A DNA stretch of 14,706 nucleotides, from positions 1 through 14,706 of the forward strand of contig JBIKWC010000004.1 in NCBI GenBank assembly GCA_044356535.1, read 5' to 3'. The notes under the pieces were generated by a model, which ran no database searches, had not been told where the DNA came from, and saw only the letters and a list, made by a program, of their open reading frames with translations. Made by a program: the position numbers and the translations under genes. This DNA comes from Myxococcota bacterium. GTDB lineage: Bacteria > Myxococcota_A > UBA796 > GCA-2862545. Positions 1 through 6,702 of this stretch are shown piece after piece; positions within the stretch are counted from its first letter, which is position 1; the number at the start of each line of letters is the position of its first letter.

Positions 1-80
1 ACCTCCTCGACCTGTACCCCTTCGCGTACGACTCCCTCGGCTTCAACCTCGAGCTCACCACCTCGCTGAGTCAGTTCTGA
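1..80 (+). CDS. 3' end of a CDS that starts upstream of the window (product unknown)
   Basis: Frame 3 is open from the window edge to the TGA at 78-80 (...LLDLYPFAYDSLGFNLELTTSLSQF*). Third codon positions are strongly G/C-biased. The stop overlaps the next gene's ATG (TGATG at 78-82), which suggests translational coupling. Confidence 0.45.
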   Translation, partial: LLDLYPFAYDSLGFNLELTTSLSQF

Positions 81-511
81 TGCGCCTCTCCGCCCCGTTG
101 TGCCTCGTCGCGTCGCTCGCCACCGGCTGCGAGCGCGACCCTACGTTCTTCGGCTACTGGGACCTCGACCAGGTGACGCGCGGGGGGGTGGTCCAGGACG
201 ACATGGGGTTCCTGGAGATCCTCGAGGACGGCTCGGTCGCGGTGTTCGTCCGGTACACCTGGAGCGGCGGCGCGTTCGTGCCCGTGGCGCAGCCGGAGAT
301 CGTGCTCGGCACCACCGACGCGGTCGCGCAGGAGCCGTTCGGGAACTACAAGACCAAAGGCGAGACCTACGCCCTGCTGCTGGAGCCGTTCGACGCCACG
401 TTCGACGTCACCGACTACCGAGGGGACCGCGCCGAGCTCGATGCCGCGGAGGCCGGGTGGCCGACGGGCGCGGGGGAGCTCGCGCCGACCACGCTGCGCC
501 TGCTGCGCTGA
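80..511 (+). CDS. small secreted lipoprotein (143 aa), function unknown
   Basis: The ATG at 80 overlaps the upstream stop. The N-terminus MRLSAPLCLVASLATGC is a signal peptide with a lipobox (L-A-T-G-C). GC3 is high throughout. The protein has an acidic, non-repetitive composition. The stop is TGA at 509-511. Confidence 0.75.
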   Translation: MRLSAPLCLVASLATGCERDPTFFGYWDLDQVTRGGVVQDDMGFLEILEDGSVAVFVRYTWSGGAFVPVAQPEIVLGTTDAVAQEPFGNYKTKGETYALLLEPFDATFDVTDYRGDRAELDAAEAGWPTGAGELAPTTLRLLR

Positions 512-513
512 CG

Positions 514-1767
514 TCAGCAGGGGCCGTTCGGGTCGCCCGGGGTGCCGAGCTCGCCGTTCGGCATCACCGCGGTCGAGGGGCACCACTGCGTCCCGTCGCC
601 GTTGTCCACGCTTGCCCACGGCGTCCCCAGCTGCATCGACGCCCCCGTCTCGTCGGGCCAGTCGGTGCCGCCGTCCCACTCCACGCGGTCGAGCTCCGTG
701 CCGTCGGGCGCGGTGAGGATCAGCTCGTCGTCGCCGTTCCCGAGCGACATCGCGCTGCCCCAGCCCCACGCGGCGGAGATGCCGCCGTTCACCACCGGAT
801 CGGCGGCGGCGGCCAACACCACCGCGGCGCCCGGCGCCACGAGCACCGCCGTCGACACCGTGAAGACCTCGCCGTCCGCGTCCGCGACCTCGAGGCCGTC
901 CAGGTCCACCGTCGCCGCCGTCGTGTTCGTGAGCTCGAACCACTCGCCGTCGTCGTCCGGCACCGTCGTCACGTCCTGCATCACCTCGGTGATCACGAGG
1001 TCGCCGTCCTCGAGGTCGTCCACCCCGGTGGTGCCGCAGTCGTTGGCTGCGCCCGGCGTCCCGGCGTCGCCGGCGCCGAAGGGGGTGACTGCCACACACC
1101 ACGAGGTCGGGTCGCCGTTGTCGCCCTCGAGGCCCGGGAGCAGCGAGAACGACGCGCCCTGCGGGTCCGGCCAGGCGACACCAGCGTCCCACCGCACCTC
1201 GTCCACCACCACGCCCGCTGGGGTCAGCAACACGAGCTCGTCGTCGTCGTTCCCGAGCTGCATCGACGCCGGGTCGAACACGAAGTCCACGACCACGCCA
1301 CCGTTGCGGGACGGGTCGCCGTCCACCCCGAACACCAGGCGCTGCCCGGGCCCCACGACGAGCGTGACGTCGACGGTGAAGGCCTGGGTCGCTGCGTCGT
1401 TCTCCACGCGGAGCCCGCGCAGATCGAGGTCTCCGCTGGTGGCGTTCCACACCTCGAACCACTCCCCGAGCGTGTCCGAGACGGCGTCCGGGTTCTTCAG
1501 CACCTCGGTGATCACGAGGTCCCCGGCCGCGAGGTCACCCGCCGGCGGCCCGCCCGTGTCGGTGTCCGAATCGGTGTCGGTGTCGGTGTCCGAATCGGTG
1601 TCGGTGTCCGAATCGGTGTCGGTGTCGGTGTCCGCGTCGGTGTCGGTGTCGGTGTCGGTGTCCGCGTCCGTATCGGTGTCCGCGTCGGTGTCGGCCGCCT
1701 TGTCGAAGCTCGTGGCGGTGAACGGCGCGCAGCCGGCGGTGAGGACGAGCAGGGTTCTCAGGGACAT
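514..1767 (-). CDS. lipoprotein with an (Asp-Thr)n acidic linker and two lamin-tail domains (LTD)
   Basis: ATG at 1767 (minus strand) with AGGAG 8 nt upstream. The start overlaps the upstream gene's stop by 10 nt. N-terminus MSLRTLLVLTAGC is a signal peptide plus lipobox. A ~46-aa DTDADTDTDSDTDT linker follows. Two repeated modules show LTD hallmarks (GDLVITEV...LGEWFEVWN / GDLVITEVM...DGEWFELTN, with VDLxGL after each). It ends ...LGTPGDPNGPC*, with the stop at 516-514. Confidence 0.85.
   Translation of the reverse strand: MSLRTLLVLTAGCAPFTATSFDKAADTDADTDTDADTDTDTDTDADTDTDTDSDTDTDSDTDTDTDSDTDTGGPPAGDLAAGDLVITEVLKNPDAVSDTLGEWFEVWNATSGDLDLRGLRVENDAATQAFTVDVTLVVGPGQRLVFGVDGDPSRNGGVVVDFVFDPASMQLGNDDDELVLLTPAGVVVDEVRWDAGVAWPDPQGASFSLLPGLEGDNGDPTSWCVAVTPFGAGDAGTPGAANDCGTTGVDDLEDGDLVITEVMQDVTTVPDDDGEWFELTNTTAATVDLDGLEVADADGEVFTVSTAVLVAPGAAVVLAAAADPVVNGGISAAWGWGSAMSLGNGDDELILTAPDGTELDRVEWDGGTDWPDETGASMQLGTPWASVDNGDGTQWCPSTAVMPNGELGTPGDPNGPC
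1555..1696 (-). repeat. imperfect hexanucleotide tandem repeat (GTCGGT/GTCCGA/GTCCGC on the plus strand; (ACCGAC)n on the coding strand) encoding the (Asp-Thr)n linker
   Basis: Direct reading shows ~23 consecutive 6-nt units (gtcggtgtcggtgtccgaatcggtgtc...) with occasional cgaatc/cgcgtc variants. On the minus strand this translates to DTDADTDTDADTDTDTDTDADTDTDTDSDTDTDSDTDTDTDSDTDT, inside CDS 514..1767. Confidence 0.9.
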
Positions 1768-2984
1768 GGCGGGTTCTCCTCACCGGGGGTGCCGAGGTCG
1801 CCCGCCCCGTACCGCGAGTCTCCAGGGCACCAGTTCTCGGCGCGGTCGTTGTCTCCCGTGTTCGTGCGGCCCGCGTCGAGCGACTTGGACGCGCCCTCCA
1901 CGTCCGGGAACGTGGGGTCGTAGGCCACCTCGTCGAGCACGCGCGTGCCGTGGACCAGGCGGACCGTCTCGCCGGAGTTCGACAGCCCGAACGACCAGCG
2001 CCACTCCCAGTCGACCGGAGCGCCGCCGTTGACCTGCTGGGCGGTGAACGAGCCGAACACCACGTACCCGTCGGCCGGCACCACCAGCGACCGGTCGACG
2101 GTGAAGTCGTCGCCGTCGTCGTTCTCCACGCCCAGGAACTGCAGGTCGACCGGCTCGTCGAGCGCGTTGTGCACCTCGAACCACTCGCCGTAGTCGCCCT
2201 CCACCTCGGCCGGGTCGGACATCAGCTCGGTGATCACGAGGTCGCCCGGGACCACGTCGGCCAGGGTGAGCCCCGTGAACGGCGCTGGGCAGGCGGGGTT
2301 CGTCGCGCCGGGGGTCCCGCGGCCTCCGACCCCGTAGACGTCGTCGTCACCGGCCAGGCACCAGCGGTCCGCGTCCGGGTCCCGGCTGGTCGACCGGCCG
2401 GACTCGAGCGGCCAGGTCGCGTCCCAGGTGACCTCGTCGAACACCACGTCCCGCCAGGTCAGGCGGATGGCGTCCTCGTCGTTGGTGAGCCCGAAGTCGG
2501 CCTCCCACACCCAGTCCACCGCCACCCCGCCGTTGGCAACAGGCAGGTCCGAGCCGCCGAACACCACGCTCGCGCCGGCCTCCACCACGAGCGGCGCCGA
2601 CACCACGAAGTCGTCGCTGCCCAGGTCCAGCACCAGCAGCCCCTGCAGGTCGATCGCCTCGCCCCGCGTGTTGGTGACCTCGAACCACTCGCCCAATGCG
2701 CTGTCGACCCCCACCGGCGCCGGCAGGAACTCGGTCACCTGCAGCTCGCCGGGCGCCACCGCCGCGAGGGGCCACGCCTCGTCGTCTGCGCCGTCGCAGT
2801 CCTGGTCCTGCCCATCCCCCGGCGCGTCCACCCCGAGGGGCGAGACCAGCGGATCGGCGTCGTCGCAGTCCCCGTCGGCCGGACCGAACCCGTCGCCGTC
2901 GACGTCGAACACGGCCGGCACCCCGGTGGACAACAAGGCGCCGCTGCAGCCGGCGAGCAGGGCGAGGAGCGGGAGCGCGCGCAT
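1758..2984 (-). CDS. lipoprotein with a DGDG/DCDD 'putative metal-binding' motif region and two lamin-tail domains (LTD); paralogue of the downstream gene
   Basis: ATG at 2984 (minus) with GGAGG ~8 nt upstream. The ATG overlaps the upstream gene's TGA by one base (TGATG). N-terminus MRALPLLALLAGCSG is a signal peptide plus lipobox. Then VFDVDGDGFGPADGDCDDADP...DGQDQDCDGADDE resembles the myxobacteria-enriched metal-binding motif. Two LTD modules follow (GELQVTEFL...LGEWFEVTN; GDLVITELMSD...YGEWFEVHN). It ends ...LGTPGEENPPCP*. The 949-aa ORF in the track is an upstream in-frame Arg-rich artefact. Confidence 0.85.
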   Translation of the reverse strand: MRALPLLALLAGCSGALLSTGVPAVFDVDGDGFGPADGDCDDADPLVSPLGVDAPGDGQDQDCDGADDEAWPLAAVAPGELQVTEFLPAPVGVDSALGEWFEVTNTRGEAIDLQGLLVLDLGSDDFVVSAPLVVEAGASVVFGGSDLPVANGGVAVDWVWEADFGLTNDEDAIRLTWRDVVFDEVTWDATWPLESGRSTSRDPDADRWCLAGDDDVYGVGGRGTPGATNPACPAPFTGLTLADVVPGDLVITELMSDPAEVEGDYGEWFEVHNALDEPVDLQFLGVENDDGDDFTVDRSLVVPADGYVVFGSFTAQQVNGGAPVDWEWRWSFGLSNSGETVRLVHGTRVLDEVAYDPTFPDVEGASKSLDAGRTNTGDNDRAENWCPGDSRYGAGDLGTPGEENPPCP

Positions 2985-4081
2985 CAGGGACCTCCGAGGG
3001 GGAGCGCGCCCGCGAGGCGGGTCTGCAGGTGCAGGAACACGGTGTCGGTGCGGGCCAGCACCGCGCTGCCGGCGAGGGGAGCAGCGTCGGGGCCGAACCG
3101 GCGGGCCTCCCACCCCAGCACCAGCGCGGTCGGTGCGCCGGGCTCCGGCGGAAGGCGCAGGCCCGCGCCCAACAGCGCCAGGGTGGAGGCGGCGCCCGGC
3201 GCAGTGGGCAACGCGGTGGTGCGGTCCACGCGCCCGAAGGCGGCGAGGGGCGTCTGGTCTCCGCTGCGGGCCCACACCGAGGCGCCCGCGGGCCGCAGCG
3301 ACCCGTCTCCGAGGAGCCCCGTGCCCAGGAGGCCGTCCACACCGGCCGCGACCCAGGGGTGGGCGATGGAGACCATGGCCCCGGCGCGGTGATCGGGCGA
3401 CTGGCCGAGCCCGTAAGAGCCGTCGCGGCCCATCACCCCGAGCATCAGGTCCAGGTCGCTCCCGCTGCGTGCCAGCGGGTGGGCCCGGGCCACGACCGTG
3501 GTGTTCACGCCGTCGTTGCGCTCCCGGCGCTGGAAGCCCTCGCCCGAGGTCACCGACACCGTCACGTCCACGAGGTCGTCGGGGGCCGTCCACGACAGCC
3601 AGCCGCCCACGTCCGACCGGGTGAAGAAGGCGCTCTCCGTCACCATCGGACGCAACAAGGGGCGCCAGGCCCAGCCCGGCTGCACCGTCATCACCCAGGG
3701 GTCGTCCACCACGCCCCCGGCGACCGTAAGGCCCGCTTGGCGCCAGTCCCAGCGCGCCTCGGCGGTCTGCACCACGGGGACCAGGCTCTCGCCCGCGACG
3801 CCCACGTAGCCCTGCTCTCCGCCCGAGCGCAGCGGCAGCAGCACGATCCGGGCCTGGGCGTCCCCCGCCGAGCGCACCCCGAGCTCGGCCCGCGCCCACG
3901 GCAGCGACACCCCGCGCGACACGCCGGTGTCCGGGAACGACGCCCCCAGGCGGCCCGCAGCGCCCACGTCGCCGAACAGGCAGCCCCCGTCGAGGGGTTC
4001 GGCGCCGAGCGGTTCGGCCCGGGAGATCGGCGCGGGCGCGCAGTCGGCGGCCTCGGCGGAGGGGGTGAAGGCGAGGATCAT
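2984..4081 (-). CDS. hypothetical protein (365 aa), Gly/Ala/Leu-rich, no recognisable domain
   Basis: ATG at 4081 (minus) overlaps the upstream stop (ATGA). Its TGA at 2986-2984 overlaps the downstream ATG. Codon bias is good over the whole frame. In-frame sequence upstream of the ATG is Arg-rich junk. The N-terminus MILAFTPSAEAADCAPAPI is not a classical signal peptide, so the start or localisation is uncertain. Confidence 0.6.
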   Translation of the reverse strand: MILAFTPSAEAADCAPAPISRAEPLGAEPLDGGCLFGDVGAAGRLGASFPDTGVSRGVSLPWARAELGVRSAGDAQARIVLLPLRSGGEQGYVGVAGESLVPVVQTAEARWDWRQAGLTVAGGVVDDPWVMTVQPGWAWRPLLRPMVTESAFFTRSDVGGWLSWTAPDDLVDVTVSVTSGEGFQRRERNDGVNTTVVARAHPLARSGSDLDLMLGVMGRDGSYGLGQSPDHRAGAMVSIAHPWVAAGVDGLLGTGLLGDGSLRPAGASVWARSGDQTPLAAFGRVDRTTALPTAPGAASTLALLGAGLRLPPEPGAPTALVLGWEARRFGPDAAPLAGSAVLARTDTVFLHLQTRLAGALPLGGP

Positions 4082-5460
4082 CGTCCGTACGCTCCGAGCA
4101 GGGGTCCGAACGTGTCGAGCGCCGACACGAACAGTGCGTGGTCCGCGAGGGTGCGGTCGAGGTCCGGCAGCGCGTCCGCGACCCGCTCGTCGACGAAGGC
4201 GTCCGTACGGCCCCGCAGATCGGTCCACAACGCAGGCAGGGCGGGCTCGAGCTCGTGCGTGACGGTGCGCGCGTGGGCGCCGCCCAGCACGCCGCCCAAC
4301 ACCCGGGCCAGCGCCAGGGCGTCGTCGGTCCGGAGCGCTTCGAGGTCGCGGAGGGCCTTGTTGTGGTCGAGGGACTCCTGGAACGACGACCAGGTCTGGG
4401 TCTTGAACCCCTGGGCGCCGTCCGTGACGCCCCCGAGGCGCACGTCGGCGTCGGGGCGGGACCACAGGAGCTCCGCGGCGGCCACCAGGCGGGCGGGGTT
4501 GTCGTCGAACGACGCAGCGGGGATGGCCCACGAGTCCGGCAGGACCGGCGGATCCACGACCTCCCGCAGCTGAAGGAGCTCGTCGTCTTCGGGGCCCGGC
4601 GCGCCACGGTCCCAGGCCACCACGTACCGGAGGGCGGGGAGCGAGGCGATCCCAGCGCTCTCGCGGCGGGCGACGTCGAGCACGCGGAAGCCGTCGGGCG
4701 CGGGCCAGCGGGAGAGGAGGTGGTCGAGCTGCGCGTGTTGTTCTGCGTCGAGCGAGAGGAGCTCCGGCGCCCCGGGCCGGAACCGTCGACCCGAACCCAC
4801 CACCTCCGTGGCCTCCACGAGCTGCTCCCGCGTCACGCCTTCCTCGGTGACGTCGGTCCACAGGTGGTCCACGACGATCCCGCGGTCGGTGGGGACCGCA
4901 GGCCCCGTCCCCACCCCGGTGGTCGCGACCTGCTCGAGCTCGGTCACGTACGCCTCGGTGAACGCGCGCGCAGCCTCCTCGAGCGCTGGACGCGGGTACC
5001 CGGCGGCGTCCAACAACACCAGGAGGCCGAGCACCCCGCGGCGCACGTCCACGATGTAGGGGCCGAACCCGGCGCCGTCGAAGTCGTTGAACTCGAGCCG
5101 CAGCGGGACCTCGCCCGCCGTCGGACCGGGCCCCTCTCCGGGGAGGAAGGTGCCCACGTTCTCGGGGTGCGGATCGCCCACCAACAACACGGCGGCCGAG
5201 CCGGGGACGGAGACGAAGGCCGTGGGCGCGCGCCCGGTTCCGGGGCGGTCGAGGTCGCGCAGGAACACCGCGAGCGAGCCGCGCATGTAGTCGTAGGGGT
5301 CCTCCGCCATCGCGGCGTACTTCTCGGCCAGCGCGTCCCAGCGCCCCTCCCACACCCGGTTGTCGTCGGTGAGGGTGTCGACGAGCCACGCGCGCCGGAA
5401 CGCCTCCGGGGCAGTTGCGCCCGAACACCCCACCAGGAGCGCAGCCACTGCGATCCGCAC
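4078..5460 (-). CDS. DUF2252-like lipoprotein (460 aa), first gene of the minus-strand operon
   Basis: GTG at 5460 (minus), preceded by GAGGTGG. N-terminus (M)RIAVAALLVGCSG is a signal peptide plus lipobox. The motifs YDYMRGSLAVFLRD and LLVGDPHPENVGTF resemble the conserved FYRG...A.DL and CGDAHL.NFG blocks I associate with DUF2252 proteins; this is pattern recall, not a search. The stop at 4080-4078 overlaps the next ATG. Confidence 0.75.
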   Translation of the reverse strand: MRIAVAALLVGCSGATAPEAFRRAWLVDTLTDDNRVWEGRWDALAEKYAAMAEDPYDYMRGSLAVFLRDLDRPGTGRAPTAFVSVPGSAAVLLVGDPHPENVGTFLPGEGPGPTAGEVPLRLEFNDFDGAGFGPYIVDVRRGVLGLLVLLDAAGYPRPALEEAARAFTEAYVTELEQVATTGVGTGPAVPTDRGIVVDHLWTDVTEEGVTREQLVEATEVVGSGRRFRPGAPELLSLDAEQHAQLDHLLSRWPAPDGFRVLDVARRESAGIASLPALRYVVAWDRGAPGPEDDELLQLREVVDPPVLPDSWAIPAASFDDNPARLVAAAELLWSRPDADVRLGGVTDGAQGFKTQTWSSFQESLDHNKALRDLEALRTDDALALARVLGGVLGGAHARTVTHELEPALPALWTDLRGRTDAFVDERVADALPDLDRTLADHALFVSALDTFGPLLGAYGR

Positions 5461-5595
5461 CCACCACCTCGCGAGCGGGCTATCGGGCGAACCTCCGCGC
5501 GGCGGTGCCGTCTCGCATTCGTTGCGCAGCCCTCACGGGTTGGTCACACGGTGCGGCGGCGCCGCGTCGACTACAGTGCCGGCCCGGAGGGGTGG
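5461..5595. promoter_or_regulatory. divergent intergenic region, presumably holding promoters for the minus-strand lipoprotein operon and the plus-strand sensor/channel operon
   Basis: 135-bp non-coding gap between the divergent starts at 5460 (-) and 5596 (+). It contains a GGAGGGG ribosome-binding site at 5586-5592 for the plus-strand gene. I cannot read confident -35/-10 hexamers in this GC-rich context. Confidence 0.3.
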
Positions 5596-6702
5596 ATGTC
5601 GTTCGGCAGGCACGTCGTGGTGGTGATGGTGGTGTCGGCGGCCGCGGTCCTGCTCGGCAGCCTCGCCGTCGCCGACGGTCTGTTCGGCTCCCTCGTCGAG
5701 AAGGTCGAGGTCGACCGGTACCAGGCGATCGAGACCGCCCTGGTCGATCGCCTGGAAGAGGCGCAGAACAAGGCCCTCGCGCGCGCCACGATGGTCGCTG
5801 CCCTCCCCAGCGTGCAGGCGCTCGTGGCGGCCCAGGATCGGACCGGACTGCAGGCGGAGCTGGCCGAGCTGTACCAGTCCGCGCACGACCGCGGCGGGGT
5901 GGCGCAGGCCCAGTTCCACGTCCCGCCAGCGACCTCGCTCCTGCGGCTGCACGCGCCCGAGCGGTTCGGCGACGACCTGTCGAAGTTCCGCCCCATGGTC
6001 GTCGACGTGAACCAGGACCACGAGACCCGGAAGGGGCTGTCCATCGCCGTCGCGGGGCCCGCCATCTTCGGCATCACCCCCGTCCACGACGCCGCCGGCG
6101 CCCACGTCGGGAGCTTCGAGATCGGGCTCGACGTGGCGGATGCCCTCGACGCCCTCAAGGCGCGCTTCGAGGTGGACGCCGCGATCTGGCTCGACGAGAA
6201 GACCCTGCGCGACGTGGCCACCGGGGCCCCGCCCGGCAGCCTGTCGGAGGACAAGCGCGTGGGGCGCTTCCTGCGCTGGCACAGCACCCACGACGAGCGC
6301 ACCGCCGGCCTCGTCTCCGACGCCGACCTCGACGGGGGCGCGCACCGCTACGTGCGCGAGGTGCAGGGCGTGGCCTACGGGGTCGCGCTGGTGCCCGTCA
6401 CGAACTACGCGGGCAAGCCGCTCGGGGTCGCCATGGTCGCCGCCGACTTCAGCTCCTCGCGCGGTGCCCGCCTGCGTACCCGGGTGTGGTTGGGGCTCGT
6501 CGGGCTCGTCGGGAGCACCGTCCTCGCCGGCATCGTGTCCGTGGGCATCCGCGGCTTCGTGCTCCGCCCGCTCGGTTCCGTCGCGGCGACGCTCAAGGCG
6601 GTGGCGGACGGCGACCGGTCGAAGGGGCTCGAGACGGATGGGTTGTGCGCCGAGTTCGAGCCCGTGGCCGCCGAGATCGAGCGCCTGCGGAGCCGGCCGT
6701 GA
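5596..6702 (+). CDS. membrane protein with TM, a periplasmic Cache-like sensor domain, a second TM and a HAMP domain, and no output domain
   Basis: ATG at 5596, 4 nt after GGAGGGG. TM1 is HVVVVMVVSAAAVLLGSLAVA. The ~260-aa periplasmic region contains FHVPPATSLLRLHAPERFGDDLSKFRPMVVDV and ...YVREVQGVAYGVALVPV blocks typical of Cache-type (double-Cache / Cache_3-Cache_2-like) chemoreceptor or kinase sensors. TM2 is VWLGLVGLVGSTVLAGIVSVGI. It is followed by VLRPLGSVAATLKAVADGDRSKGLETDGLCAEFEPVAAEIERL, which has the HAMP pattern (P...A..GDL.......DE...L...FN.M). The protein ends 8 aa later at TGA 6700-6702. Confidence 0.8.
   Translation: MSFGRHVVVVMVVSAAAVLLGSLAVADGLFGSLVEKVEVDRYQAIETALVDRLEEAQNKALARATMVAALPSVQALVAAQDRTGLQAELAELYQSAHDRGGVAQAQFHVPPATSLLRLHAPERFGDDLSKFRPMVVDVNQDHETRKGLSIAVAGPAIFGITPVHDAAGAHVGSFEIGLDVADALDALKARFEVDAAIWLDEKTLRDVATGAPPGSLSEDKRVGRFLRWHSTHDERTAGLVSDADLDGGAHRYVREVQGVAYGVALVPVTNYAGKPLGVAMVAADFSSSRGARLRTRVWLGLVGLVGSTVLAGIVSVGIRGFVLRPLGSVAATLKAVADGDRSKGLETDGLCAEFEPVAAEIERLRSRP

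Noticed and set aside
509-516. TGACGTCA, a cAMP-response-element-like palindrome, as a regulatory site
   Set aside because: It is formed simply by two convergent TGA stop codons 2 bp apart. There is no upstream or downstream context for a regulator site.
71-1923. Long overlapping ORFs on both strands (71..1462 minus, 463 aa; 100..1923 plus, 607 aa; 542..2032 plus, 496 aa) across the first 2 kb
   Set aside because: Their translations are Arg/Gly/Pro- or Ser/Thr/Pro-rich low-complexity strings, typical of off-frame reading of very GC-rich DNA. They lack G/C bias at third positions relative to the real frames (80..511 plus, 514..1767 minus). The 'GVGVGV' run in one of them is the DT repeat read out of frame.
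1758-5467. ORF-track entries of 949 aa (1758..4607 minus) and 827 aa (2984..5467 minus), considered as single giant proteins
   Set aside because: Only the downstream parts are coding-like. They begin at internal ATGs that carry a lipoprotein signal or ATGA/TGATG coupling to the preceding gene. The upstream extensions are Arg/Pro-rich artefacts that overlap the true genes in other frames.
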